From positions 5,397,050-5,461,049 of the forward strand of contig MU058781.1 of NCBI GenBank assembly GCA_013265495.1: a DNA stretch of 64,000 nt, read 5' to 3'. The position numbers and the translations under genes were made by a program. Origin of the DNA: Vicugna vicugna (lineage: Eukaryota). Under the pieces are notes generated by a model that saw only the letters and a program-made list of their open reading frames with translations, was not told where the DNA came from and did not search any database. Below, one piece after another: positions 37,051 to 50,280 of the stretch; position 1 is the stretch's first letter, and the number at the start of each line of letters is the position of its first letter.

Positions 37051-39124
37051 GAGATGTTTTTATGATTAATGCCAGGGACCCCCCTATTATAATTATTAAT
37101 AGGATGATTACCCAGTGTGTAGACTACTTTGGTTTTTGCTTTTCTTTTCCACTTTTCTCTTCCTTTAGCTCTGTTATCCTGGGAGTTAGGAGATGAAACT
37201 CAAAGTCAAGTTAACAATTATCAACTCTGTTGTTTTTTTTTTAAATTGATGTGGAGCTTTATTAATTGACTAAAATGAAAATAATATTACTGAGGACTTG
37301 TTTATTTTTTGCCTAATTGAGCTCAATCAAGAATTAATGATATATGTGTAATAGAGAACAGAGATAGATCAAAAAAATCCTTCATTTTCTTTTTGTATTT
37401 TCTTTAGGTTTTTATATTGCTAGTTTAGCAAAATGCAAATTAATAAGCCATGGTGAAGTAGATTGTGAAATACTGACCTGAGAGGCAGGTTCTGTTTCTG
37501 ACTATTTACTCTGACCAGTCACTTAACTTCTTTGTGGGAAGTCTGAAAAATGTAAAGAATGATTATATATTTTTTTCCATATATTGCATTAGGATTCTTT
37601 AAAAAAAATAACAGATGTCCTGGATTCAGATTCTTTTTGTGCTAAAGCTCTAGAAAATAAAATATGATAAGTGCTCTTGAGTGTTTCTAATGAAATATTT
37701 AAAACTGTGGGTTGAAATATTTATAAATTCATTCATTTATTTATCTGTTTATTCAGCAACTATTTACCCAGTGCCAACCATGTGTCTCCCACTGTTCTGG
37801 TTGCTGGGTACTTTAAAAGCCTGAATGTGCCTTGCAGAACTCTAAAAGCATGGCTTACATACTGGGAGAAGCAAGTGTAATTAACATACGCTGGTTTGCA
37901 CTCCTAAGAAGAAGGGTGTTAGAGAAATCCAAGTCAATATTGGCCTTCATTTGCTCCTCTGAGTGTCCGGTGTGCTGCAGATAGGAGCACCTCTTTCCAG
38001 TTCCTCCCAGCCTGGCTTCATCAGAAAATAGCTCTAGGGCAGCCACACTCAACCTATCAGGATGGAGACTGGAGGGCATGCCTTTGGAGGGTTTACATTT
38101 GTGTTTCAACAGCCCCTGTGAAATAGAAGTCTGGTCAATTAACCGGTTGACTGAGTCAATGAAAAGAGCCAATCAAAATTATCCTAATTCTAGAAAGGAG
38201 TTTTTTACCTGAATAATCCACCTTAACAGTCTAATACGTCAATCAACTGAATAGTGATCATTATCAAGTCATGGGTTTAACTAAGCCTATGTGATTTTAG
38301 TGCTGCACAGACACAAACTCAAATTGTGTGTAGAGGCAGGCTCCCTTTCCTCTGTACCTCCTTCATGGCCCCACTTTGCATGCTTATAATTTTTATTATA
38401 AATAAGTATCCATTCTAATGATAAGCTCATTTCTTTCTTTATTGAAACTCCTTTTTTTTACAATTTAGTCTGTATTAGTATGGTCGACTTTCTTAATTGC
38501 TTGGTGTGCAGTGGAAAAGAGAAGCAAATGAATGTAACTTAAAAAAAACAGAGTTAGCAACTGAGAGGAGGGTTAAGAAGGACATTGCGCCATCCTGGTG
38601 TTGAGAGTGTGTCTGACCCAGAAAACAGGAGTTCTCTCCTTCTGTTAGGAATGACTAGGCTATTTTTTGGCAGGCAAAACTGCCTACAGATTCACTGATC
38701 TCTTCTTTTCCTATTTAAAAAATGTGAATATTACATTTACTTCAAGGATAATCTCCGAGTATCAAAGACAAAAATACAAAAGCATCACCTTGACATTTGC
38801 ACGCTCCAAACATCCTATCTACTTTTTTTCTTTTTAACCAAGAATTTTGTATCATCATAAGTGGGTGACTGGGTTTTACCTATTTGCTCACATGTGTTTA
38901 GGAAAACCATTGACTACAAGTAAGTATTAGCTGGGACACAATTGTCAGTTCCCAGCCTTTCATGGTCTTCTTTTCCTTATCCCCCAAATTTCTTTTTCCG
39001 AATTATTGGTCAGGTGATCGTTTTCTTACTTAGCTCGAATTTGTTGGATCCAGGCTGTCTTGATGACCTGGCAGAGCTGGGAAGTGTTATACCCTGCATT
39101 GATGTGACAGTGACAGAGGGGAGG

Positions 39125-39365
39125 ATGCCAAGGGCTCTGGGGCTGAGCAGAGAGGAGCAGAAACTGGTCCCGCTCTTTGCTAGCTGCATGACCAGGGCCA
39201 ACAGATCCACCCTCTCTGAACTGCCAGTTCCTCCACTAGAAAATGTAGGTGGTGGTAAGCCCAGTGATCGCTGAGTCGGTGTATTGAGACGAATGAGAGT
39301 ATTTATTTACCTAATGTGTGTGGTAAGTGCTGATTTGATAGCGCTTATCTATATCCTGTTACTTC
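39125..39365 (+). mobile_element. MIR SINE
   Basis: GGGCTCTGGGG..CTAGCTGCATGACCAGGGCCA..CTCTCTGAACTGCCAGTTCCTC..AAAATG. Confidence 0.7.
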
Positions 39366-39469
39366 AGGGCCAAGCAGCCCTCCACACCTTGCCACAAGGA
39401 GAATTAAATAGAAGCGAGCTTTCTGTTTGTAGAAACCCCTTTTTTCCTATCAATCCTATACTCTGTCTC

Positions 39470-39615
39470 TGGTCAGTGCGTTTATATAGTGCAGGTTTTA
39501 CCTTTCCCTCTTGACTGTGAATTCCTTAAGGGCACAGATTTTGTCGTGCTCATCTTTGTAGAGCCACCATCTTGCAATATATAGTTGTTTCATAAATGTA
39601 CACTACAATGAAATG
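39470..39615 (+). mobile_element. L2 3' end
   Basis: GACTGTGAATTCCTTAAGGGCACAGATTTTGTC..TCATCTTTGTA..ATAAATG. Confidence 0.7.
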
Positions 39616-40169
39616 AAAAAAAGGATGTAGAACTCACCAGAAGGTTGTTTCTCTTTCAAATATGAGTATAGATGAATTTCTGCATTCATGCATGTATCAA
39701 ATTATATTGAGTACTTTTTTATGTGAAACTTCCCAAGTTCCTCTTATCAACTGTAACACATTTCAAATATACAGAAACCTTCAGTTGCACCCAGGAGGGA
39801 AAATATACATAACACTTTAAATGACTTATCTAAGGTAATTCAGCTATTCAAATGCCTTTTCACTGCAAAACACTGCTATCTATCTAGAGGTACCTTTTCT
39901 TACCAGGAGCCTCTTCTCTGAAGCCCCAGACAGCTCAGCTGACATTTTCCTTACTTTGAAGAACTCGTTCCTCATTTTCATTGCCTTGAGGAACTCAGCA
40001 AATTCTTCTGTTACTTTTATCACTGTGATTACCACATACCTTTACTGTCTTCTCTGCAGTTTTGCTTGGTCTCTCTCTACTGTCTGTTCGCGTTAGAGCG
40101 TCTTTGCATTGCGTCCTCTGAGAGAAGAACTCACTTGCTAGTGAAACTGCCTGTTGTCCCAAATGATAA

Positions 40170-40420
40170 ATAGTAATAATAATAACAACAGCAAGAGTAT
40201 ATAGCTAACACTCACATAGCACTTAGCATGCACTGGGTGTTACTCTAACTACCTTACACCTAATAACTCATCTGCTCTCTGGGGCAGATGTGACTATCTC
40301 CATTTTGCAGATGAGAAAACTGAGGTGAAGTAACTTGCTCAAAGCCCCATAACTGGGAAGCAGTGGAGCTGGAATTTGAACCCTTATCAGTAGTGCCTGT
40401 ATCCACCATGCTCTACTGTC
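40170..40420 (-). mobile_element. MIR SINE
   Basis: ATAGCTAACACTCACATAGCACTTA..CCATTTTGCAGATGAGAAAACTGAGG..AAGTAACTTGCTCAA..GAATTTGAACCC. Confidence 0.9.
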
Positions 40421-41413
40421 ATAGGGTACCATGAACTCAGTGGGTCAGCTACATTCAGAGCTTAATCTACACGCAGACAAGAGCTGCATGTGCAGGTGCG
40501 GAAGCCCTCTGAACCCTGCCAGGACTCTGGGAGTATTCTCTAGTTAATCTGTAAACCTGGAGGGAGTTCACGTTTCCCCTGTACTGCCCTGGTGCCTAGC
40601 ATCAGCACCATATTCAGCTGCAGCCCAAGATAGGGCTGTAGTCTGGATCAGGTGCTCAGTAAGTACTAGTAAAACACAAAGCCATGATTAGACACTAAAG
40701 GGAGAGAGCTTCAACCTTCATGGCTGTAGCCAGTAGACCTCCCTCTTATGAGATAAGGAATTACTCTATAATGTCAATGTTGTTTTTCTGTATATCCTTG
40801 TACTCAACATAATATGGTGACATTCTCAAATGGAATACAAGTGTTTGCTGCATCAAGTACATTACTCATGGCCCCTTTATTTACATAGAATTATTGTAAT
40901 TTAAGTTGGCTGCCGTTACAGTTTGATGTTCAGCCGCTTGCAAACTTGATTAGCCAATGTAAACTACGAAGTTTGGAATCAAAACGGAGATTCCTGTTTC
41001 CAATATGTATGCAATACAGTGATTTGGTGTGGGGGTGTCATTTTGAAAACTTCATTATCTGTTACCTAAATATCTTAAAAAGAAATAGAGTCTGTTTCAG
41101 TCTTATCTTGTAGACTGTTATAATTCCAAATGAGATCATGTCTGTAAACTGTTTTGGGCTTTTTGATGGAAAACACATTATAAACAGTATGTCTTCTTAT
41201 CGTACATAATAACTTGGTTGCTGGTAAAGAGCTCAAAATTACCTTACATGGAATGTGATTTGGAAATTAATGTCAATCTCCTTTGCACTGATTTTTGGAA
41301 ATGGCAAGTTTTCTAAAATGAGAAATGGAAAATTCCAGGGTCAAGTGTAGACTGTTAGAGTAAAATTTTCCTTTATTTAAAATTCTTCCCAAAACCAGAG
41401 AAACAGAATCATC

Positions 41414-41469
41414 TGTGTGTGTGCGTGTGTGTGTGTGCACGTGTGTATGTGCGCGTGTGTGTGGTGTGT
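41414..41469. repeat. Imperfect (TG)n microsatellite
   Basis: TGTGTGTGCGTGTGTGTGTGCACGTGTGTATGTGCGCGTGTGTGTG. Confidence 0.9.
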
Positions 41470-44208
41470 AATTCTTGTGAATAAACTGGGTCCATTGATT
41501 TCAGGAACTGCTCAGCCCCTGTATGACGGGGGAAGGCGGGGGTTACTGCTGTTCTCTTTGTGTGGCTCGCTATGTTATTTTCCCATCACGCACATTGATA
41601 CGTACCCTGAAGTTCATTCTGCATTGGCAAGCCACCACTCAAGATAACCTGAGTGACAATAAAGGGACCAAAGCATTGCAACTTTGTAACCATATGAGGT
41701 CTTGGCATACTGGGAATTGGCGGAGGCCAGTTCTGGACCCCTCGGGTCAGGAACTGGGATCCAAGGCCATCTGCGACCATGGAGGTAACGTCATGAGCAG
41801 ACAGCGTAATCGCCATGACTGATGACAGGCACGGGAGCCCTTCCAGAGCCTTTGAGAGGCACAGTCCAGGTGTGGAGTTGGAGTGGGAAATGGAAGAGTG
41901 ACCAAGGACCTGCAGGTAGAGGCCCATGTGGAGCTAGCAGAATCCTCTGTGCCCATTTCAACTGGCTTCTATGCCTACCTGCTCAGGCAGAGACTTCCAC
42001 TGTGAGGCAACTCAGGGGGACCAGATAAACTCTGGCCAGGTATTTCTGGCAAGCAGAAGCAATTGTACAGATTGGTGTAGGAATTGTTTACTTTCTATGG
42101 CTGCATAAAACCTGGGACAAGGTCTTCCTTCCAGGATTTTCTAAATTTGTGTCTCAATCAATGTCATTAAAACAGAGCAGAGTCACTCAACAGGATAGAT
42201 GTGGGGAGGAGGCTGATGTGAATGGAAAATCACCCACAGTGCTGTCTGGTGTGGATGCTGATAACACCAACAAGACAATCCAAGGCAGGCCAAAGGTCTG
42301 TGTGTCCAAGCGAGGTGAGGTCAGGGGCTCAACACAAGGCCAGAGGAGTGCAGGACTCACGGAGACCTTGGCCAGCAGGAAGGATCATTGTTGTCCATTT
42401 CACAATTCGACCTTGGGTCTAAAGGGTCTGGGCGTGGATGGCCCTGAAGAAGCTTGCATTTCCTCTGTTTTTGGGCAAAGGTGGACTCCCTCATTTAAAT
42501 TCTGAGGCTGGGAAAGAAAAAAAAAGACCATAACCATAGGGCTCAAAATATTTCACCTTGTGGAATAAATGAATTTGATCAAACCATGTGAAATTGTCAT
42601 CTGTGACCTAACAAATACATGTTGCTCAAACTAATATTCCTGTTGAGTGTTGTTTAATCATATTGGTATTGTTGATTTATTTATTGCATTAATGGAAGAA
42701 ACAGAAATTAGTCAACATAAGCACATCAATTAGAGGATGTTTCTGACTCAAGGGAATTATTAGTGGAATGACCTTATAAGTTGTCATTTCAAGTCAGACA
42801 AAGCCCATATAAAAAAACCAAGAGTCAACTGAGTATAATTTTAAGTATTTTTAAGTGTTGTGTGGTCCTAAAACATCAAAGAATGAAAGAGTCCATCAGA
42901 TTCCAAGATATTTACAATGGCATTTCTTAGGATGCCATCAAGTTCAAGGTGTAGAGTTAAAAGGAGAATGACATTTATGTGTCTTAGGGACTTACCTACC
43001 TGAGTGGGAGCTGCAGGCTCCTCGTGGTTGACAACAGAACAGGTCATGTGCTTACCTTGAATCCAGGGGAGGCGTGGGTCATCACTCCCCTCTTGAACTT
43101 AGGGAACCATTGACGAAACAACTGCAAGTAGGTTAAGCACCTCACCTTGGCGTCACAAGAGAATCCAAGCAGCTCCCCACCTAAATCTCTGTTAATAAAT
43201 ATCATCAGTTGCAACGAAACAGGCCAATAGCAGCCTGAGGCCCTTCCAGGTATGATGATCATGAGGGTTAATTTCAGAGGACTCTCAAGTTCGCCCCAGG
43301 AGGTTTCAATTCTCTTCCAGCTGTGGTCTTCCAACACTGAAAGGGCACTTGCTGCCATCATCAGTGATCACTTCCATCCCAAGTCCTTTCTATGTGAAAG
43401 TGTGGTCTGCCAGGCCCACACTGGACTCTTACCAACATAGCCATATTGGCCAGGAGATAATGGCCACAAATATTCTGGGAAAAGACCATCTTGGCCCCAG
43501 TAAACTGTGCCCTGTGAAACTCTCTTGACCATCCTCAAAGCTGCATGCCTTTCATTGTGAGCTGGCCCTATGCTACTTACAGAGACACTTGGATAACAAG
43601 CGAAAACCACATCTAAATTGCTGTCTAAACAAGATGAGACTAGTATTCCAAAACACTCAAAAAAACCAATATCTGGCCCTTAGATTAAATAGACTTATTC
43701 ATTATTCAATTGAGATAAACAGACATACACACCACCATTAAGGGATTGACAAACTGTACTAAAAATGTAATATGTACTTAGAACATTTTTCAGTAGTCTG
43801 TGAGGTCAGTATCAACTGGATCTAGAATGTCCTGCACCTCAGATACTGACATTGAAACAAAGGAAAAATAATTTTGTTAAGGTTTTTTTCATTATTCCTA
43901 TAGGAGAAGAGATGAGGCTGATTTGTGCAAAGTTGGAGACCATTTAAGACCTCAGAAAAGTCCTAGAGGAACTTCCACAGCCTTGTGGCAGCTTCAGACT
44001 AAGAGGTAAAGTGTATACACACATGACTTAACCAAGATGATGACCAAGTGTTGAAGAACTGGGTAGGGAGGCAGAAGACACAATCTCAGGGCTATCGGCA
44101 TGAAACGGGTGATCACCAGGCTAATACCAATGGTGGGCTGCACAAGTCTTGCCTGCAGCTACAGTTTGCTGCTCCCTAAGTGGAAGATCCTCCTTCCTTC
44201 TTCTCATC

Positions 44209-44332
44209 TTTTGTTTGTTTGTTTTGTGGGGAAGCAATTAGATTAATTTTTTTTAATGGAGGTACTGGGGATTGAACCCAGCATCTCGAGCTTGCTAAGC
44301 AAGCACTCTACCACTGAGCTTTACCATTCCCC
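44209..44332 (-). mobile_element. Vic-1-like camelid tRNA-derived SINE
   Basis: Minus strand GGGGAATGGTAAAGCTCAGTGGTAGAGTGCTTGCTTAGCAAGC..GGGTTCAATCCCCAGTACCTCCATTAAAA..CTAATTGCTTCCCC (A and B boxes, A-rich tail); TTCTTCTCAT at 44198-44207 and 44337-44346 is TSD-like. Confidence 0.88.
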
Positions 44333-45124
44333 TGATTTCTTCTCATTTTGACCACTTCCCTCAAGTGTCTCTTACTGTGATGGTGAATAATCACAATCCT
44401 TGGAAAGGTATGATCAGAGCTTCATGACTATACAGATACAACGTGTGGTTTCATACACCCAGAGGCAGGGTGATGAGGGACAGCAGCCTGCCCATCATCA
44501 AAATAACTTGATAACACATACCATATATTCTAAAGGTTTAAAGCACAATTGACAAAAATATTCCTGATCTTTCACTCCCTCAAGGTCACAGCCCTTTTGT
44601 TCTTCAATACATACGATGACTCCCTTTCTTTTAAAATGTGTACCTATATCTCTCTTCAGGTACATACCTCACCTTGTTTATTACCCTTGCTTTCAAACTG
44701 TTGCTTGGATCTGGTTTCAAAATATGGGCTAGAGTTTGTATTATATGTTTGTTAGCTTGTGAGTACAAAGACCTAACTCACTTCCCCTGTGGGTTGCAAA
44801 ACAATTTCCAGAAAGATGGTGAGGAGAGGTCTTAGGTTGCACTCAGAACATTCACTAAAAAACATGTTAAGAATTCAGATGAGGTCGTGACCTGGTTCCT
44901 AGCTGGTGGATATCCCTCCGTTTCCTCCTGCATGCAGATTTTTTTAAGCAAAAGCCGATTAAAAAAAAAAACGCAAGTAGTGGAAGTGTTTGCAAACATA
45001 GGCTTTTTAAAGACTTTAAAAGCTTATTTAATGTGTTCATAAATCCAAAGCATGTGTGAACAAAAGTGACGTGGAGACCTGATTCCAGGTACTGTTATCT
45101 TTTACGTTTTTCCTGCAATTTATA

Positions 45125-45225
45125 TTATATCTGCAAAGACCCATTTCCCATATGAGGTCACATTCACAGGTTCTGGGGATTAGGACTTCAACATATCTTT
45201 TGAGGGACACCATTCAAACCATAAC
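45125..45225 (-). mobile_element. MLT1 LTR 5' fragment
   Basis: ATCTGCAAAGACCCATTTCC..GAGGTCACATTCACAGGTTCTGGGGATTAGGACTTCAACATATCTTTT. Confidence 0.85.
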
Positions 45226-45786
45226 AAAGGATGGCAAAGAAACAGTCATTGTTTCTGTTTAGTGTTCGATTTTCTTCAGTGCCCTGGAATACCTTCTATC
45301 CTTTGTGTTGACAACGTGACAGCAGGAAAGAGAGAGTTTTTCCCTTAGAAAACCTGAGGTCATTGAATCTACACTAAGCGACACTTGGGCCAGTCCCTCT
45401 GAAAGCAGAGCAGTGCCTGGCAGGATTCTAGATGAGAGCTTATTTCCCACTTTCTCATTGACAGTTTCAGTTAGAGAGGATGACCTAGGGTTTCCCCCTG
45501 GCCATTTCTTCATCTTCCCTTGATCGTCTATATTGATTGACAGCATGAAAATAAAAGAGCATGTTGAAATCCCTCCTGTCCTGGAGAGTGGCATGGGCAT
45601 GTAGAAAATTGTCCCTGTGAAATATTCTATCTCCTTCCAACTCTGCCCCTTTCAGGTAGGAAGAAGTTCAAGGGGTTCATCATATGGTGTCTTTATTGAA
45701 ACCTGCTCAACTGAGTTAACACTCTAGCTTTGGATCAGAATGGAGAAGTCTTCTTGGTTATGCTTGTCAACACCCAAAGGTTGGTA

Positions 45787-46274
45787 CAGGAATATCTTGT
45801 TTTATTTTGCTTCACAGATGTTGCGTTTGTGTTTTGTTTTGTTTTTTAACAAAGTGAAGGTTTGTGACAACCCCATATCAAGCAAGTCTGTCAGCTCTTT
45901 TCCAACAGCATTTGCTCACTTTGTGTCTCTGTGTCACATTTTGGCAATTCTTAAATATTTCAAAAAGTTTCATTACTATTATATTTTTTATGGTGATCTA
46001 TGATCAGCAATCTTTGATGTTACTATTGCAAAAATATTACAGCTCACTGAAACCTCAGATGATGGTTGGCATTTTTTAAGCAATATTTCTCAATTAAAGT
46101 ATGTACATGTTTTAGAGGCAATGCTATTGCACACTAAATAGATTACAGTGTAGTGCAAACATAACTTTTATATGCACTGAGAAGCCAAAAGATTTGTGTG
46201 GCTCACTTTATTGTGATATTCATTTTACAACAGTGGTCTGGAATTGAACCTGCAGTATCTCCAAGGTCTGCCTG
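45787..46274 (+). mobile_element. Internally deleted Tigger1 derivative
   Basis: TA|CAGG start, CAACAGCATTTGCTCACTTTGTGTCTCTGTGTCACATTTTGG, end ATCTCCAAGGTCTGCCTG|TA. Confidence 0.92.
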
Positions 46275-47175
46275 TATACGTTGCCACATCTGAATTATTT
46301 TATTTTCTTCTTGGTCTGTTAAACTTTTCTATGCCTGTTATGAGAAATAATATTTGGAAAGAAGGACATCCAGGGCTTCTTGATATTTATAAATACCAAA
46401 TTATTTGCATGCATGATTAAAAAATTTTTTTAAATCATTTAAGATAACAGAATTGTTTTGAAAAAAAGTTTTCAATTCTGAACTGTGAGCACATTGCAAG
46501 ATCTTGGGCTGAAGACCAGGTGCCTGTAGCAGCAGTGACCCAAAAGCCTGTGATGGTAACCCTTGCTGACATGTCTTAAAATATATGACAGTAGGGGCCT
46601 CACCTCCCCAGAGTCATCTTGGGCACTATTTTAATTGTTGTTAAATTGATTTTATCTTACAGATAATCAAAGAAAGTAGTGCATGGTGTCCACATTACTG
46701 GCTTGTTGAATATAATCGTTCAGCCTTTCTTTGTAATTGTAAAAGAAGCATGAAAGGCACACAGCACAGAATTCTTTGGAAGCAACAGTGCACATCTGTG
46801 TCCCATATATACCTTATTGGGCTCCTTCTGATTGCTCAGAACCCTCAAGAGAGGCCACGTCCACATCAAATCACTTTGACCTAATGAAGGTGTAATCAAT
46901 ACTAACCTTTCAGCCCAATTCGACAACAATATCTGATCTAAAGTACAGGTGTGCAGTCAGCCTACAAAGGATTAAAGCTGACCCACGGTGAAGCTGCAGG
47001 TCAGTCTTGCTTCAAAGATGAGACAAAGTCCAACAAAAAGACCAACAGGTGCATAAAGTCTGGTAGATTAAAGGTCTGACATCAGATATATTAAAATAGT
47101 CGTAGCCAAAGCTTTGGTTGAGACTTGTTAACAATGACAATAAGAGGTGAAAGTTGAGTTTCGATGTTGTTGTAT

Positions 47176-47537
47176 TTTCTTAGTCTGTTCAGGCAGCTAT
47201 AGCAAAAATACCATAGACTGGCTGGCTTATAAACAACAGAAATGTATTTCTCTCAGTTCTGGAGGGTGGGAAGTCCAAGGCCAAGGTGCTGGCAGATTTG
47301 GTGCGTGTTGAAGAGGACCCACATGTTGGTTCATAGGCATGCATCTGCACATGGCAGGATGCATAGGGGAGGTCCTGGGGTCTCTTTCATAGACCTTAAC
47401 CCCATTCATGAGAGTGGAACCCTCATGACCTAAACACCTCCTAGTACCAGCACGTTGGGGGTTAAGATTTCAAAATATAAATATAAGATTTCAAAATATA
47501 AATTTGGGGGGAGCACAAAAACATTCAGTCCATAACG
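47176..47537 (-). mobile_element. MLT1A-type solo LTR
   Basis: CTTAGTCTGTTCAGGCAGCTATAGCAAAAATACCATAGACTGG..CCCATTCATGAG..ACATTCAGTCCATAAC; carries a 21-bp tandem duplication at 47463-47503. Confidence 0.9.
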
Positions 47538-50124
47538 TCCCAAGCATATTCCAAGAAGTTCCTTAACTTAGTTTTTTCTAATGCTCAAAGATCTTTAAGA
47601 TAATGTCAATATGGCTGATACTTAAAGGTAGAGTTGGTTAGATATGGGTTAGATCAAGCAAAGATATTTTTATATCGGGCAATACATAAAGTAGGACAAA
47701 TATATGAAATATGTAAATATAAAATATAACAAGATATGTGAGAACATAACAATTTCAGCTTTCCTTAGATCATTAGATGTATTGTTATGAGTTAGGCCAA
47801 AATGAAAATGTCTAAAGGAAGAATATCAAGTCTGTATAATACTTACCCTGGAAGTCGTGCTGTTGCTGTTGTTGTATGATAAAACTTCCCCCCCGAAAAT
47901 GAAAGCATGACTTTTATAAGGACAAACAATGCAACATCAAAAGCACAGAATATCTTCGCTCTTAAAAATGTTGTTCTGAATTAGGAGACTGGAACTGTTG
48001 TCTTAAAACTGAATTGCTTCCTCTTTTAGTCTAACATGTTACTGAAATGTATGGCTTTATCCTAAAGTAGAACTGTCTAAAATTTAGCATGTAGAAAAAG
48101 TATAAAGAGTTTTAAAATAAGCATTCAAAATCTAGGGGCTGAGAGGTTTTTGAGTCAGATGCTGTGTAATGGTTAGGGAGTGGAGCAGGAGCTAGCAAGG
48201 GAAGAACATTCCAAGGGGAGTTTTAGACAATATGTTAATTTTGGCTTCAAGCTAACATGTGATGTATAAGGGTAACTTTTTTTCTGTTACTTTTATTCGC
48301 CATGGGAATGTTTTCCATTGTAGTGCTGGGAAGGGTGGAAGAATATTTTTTGGGCAGGCGTCAGGTGCCAAATGGGATCGGCAGTCAAAGCTTACTGTGG
48401 TACAGATCACAGAAGCGTGCTGGGGGGTCACTTCTATTTATATTTTCTGTATTGTAAGTGGAAAATCACAGCCTAGTTGGTCATCTCTCTGGCCTCTGTC
48501 CCCACAGATGTTCTGCCAGCTGTCTGAGAAAGCACGTGGTCAATTTGTTACCTAGAGGATGGCATCTTTCTGATGTTCAGTGTTTCCTTTTGCTTGTGAC
48601 CCTGGGTCTCTGGCTCTAATGCCATTGTAATCCTATTTTAACCAGTGGATGCTGGGAGTATCCCAACTAGAGGCTTTGTGATTTGCCATACCGGGTGGTG
48701 CATGTCTTACCGAACAAGGACTGAGTTTTATTGCTAGCAAACTGAAAACAGTGATGGATGCAATTATAGCTGACAAGGAGCTTCCCTTCTTATCCCGGCC
48801 ACTGTTTATTCCAGCATCTGCAAACGTTCATTTCCTTAAGAAATTGGGAATCATTGGTTATGTGTGGCAGCTGCAACAACAGAAAGAATTTTGTTGAATC
48901 TTTTGCATCCTGGTGAAGAAATCCAATGAGAAAAAAGCCCTTATTGTGGCCTGAAAGTTGAATTGTTCTCACTCTGCTTAAAGAAGCAAAGCTTCACACT
49001 AATTTCTGTCTTACCGCTGCCCCTAGGTGAACATCAAGTTAGTGACATATTGTATTATGACAATCATTTGTTGGAAAAGTACCAGCCTGGGCTGACGCGG
49101 GTAGGAGGACGGGTGGGATTGAGCCTAACATGAAACCAGAGGTTTGTTTTGAAACAGACTGTGCCTGTGTAATTGAAGACTCGTTTTCTCGTTTTGGAGG
49201 TAGAGCCAGGAAAAGGTTCACCTTCTGCTAAGCTGCTCAGGTTGTGCTCAGAGAGTGGGCTTGTACTCACCAGGTATAAGGGAAACACAAGCAAACTTGA
49301 ATGCCAACCTGCCGTTATACTGCGGGCAGAAAGTGGAATAGAGGTTCTGTTTCTCACCACTCCGTGGAGGGCACTGAGCATGCAAGGGGGTGGGAGAGGG
49401 AAGTACCCTCTAGGTCTGCAGGCACATCTCGGGGGACACGCAGCACTCCTGCTACAGGTCTCCACGGTGGCCCAGACTGAGTGACCGCTCCATCACATCA
49501 GTTGGCCCCAGAGAGAGGAGACCACCACACCAGTTTCCATTTACGAGGTCATCCGTCATGGAGAACCCCAGGCACAAGCAACCAACCAGCTTTTTAAAAA
49601 TATATTGCAAGACACCAAAAACATTCTTTAGGTTTTCATATAGCACGTGCAACTAAATTTAAACTGCCACCCTACACTCAAGTTGCACAGGCCAGCTGTA
49701 TGTGTGAGGCTCACCCGCTCTAGCTGGCCCAAGAGAGTCCACCAACCAAAGGAAGGAAGTCTGTTACAAAGTGGTATTTGTTTGAGGAAAATGCAGACCC
49801 TCGAAGTTCCAGGATTCCTCTGCCAAAATGCAGCATTTACATCAAAGTCATCTGAGTTTCAGTGGACATTTGGAGAGTACTGGTTTCCATGGTGAGTCCA
49901 AGGAAGGCATGGTCTCCCCAACTGTTTACTCCTTGAGTACAACCTAAAAATTGCATCACATAGGAAAGCCTGACCCACTTCAGTTTAAGAGGCGTAAGGT
50001 CACTTTCTGATTAAAGCTGTATTAATTCCGAACCTCCTATACTATTATATACACAGCGGATAATTAATGCCTGCATTCCTTCTCATAGAGACTGAAGGAA
50101 GCAGTAAGCTATCCGAAAGAAAAT

Positions 50125-50280
50125 TCTAGGAGTGGAAGCCAAGGATTCTTCCACTGGCCCCAGATTTGTCATGTGACCTCAGGCAAACTCCTTTATATCT
50201 CTGGACCCAATCTCCTCCTCTGCATAGTGAAAAATTATGTCTGGGTCTCTTAAGGTCAGACTCAGTGCTAAAACTTTAGG
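50125..50280 (+). mobile_element. MIR-family fragment
   Basis: TGTGACCTCAGGCAA..TCTCTGGACCCAATCTCCTCCTCTGCA..TCTCTTAAGGTC. Confidence 0.6.

Noticed and set aside
40905..41030. Short CpG-retaining stretch with CCAAT, possible conserved element
   Set aside because: Only about four CpGs and no distinctive structure; cannot be supported without an alignment.
44255..44332. tRNA gene
   Set aside because: The tRNA-like part is the head of a SINE with tail and TSD-like flanks; acceptor stem not intact.
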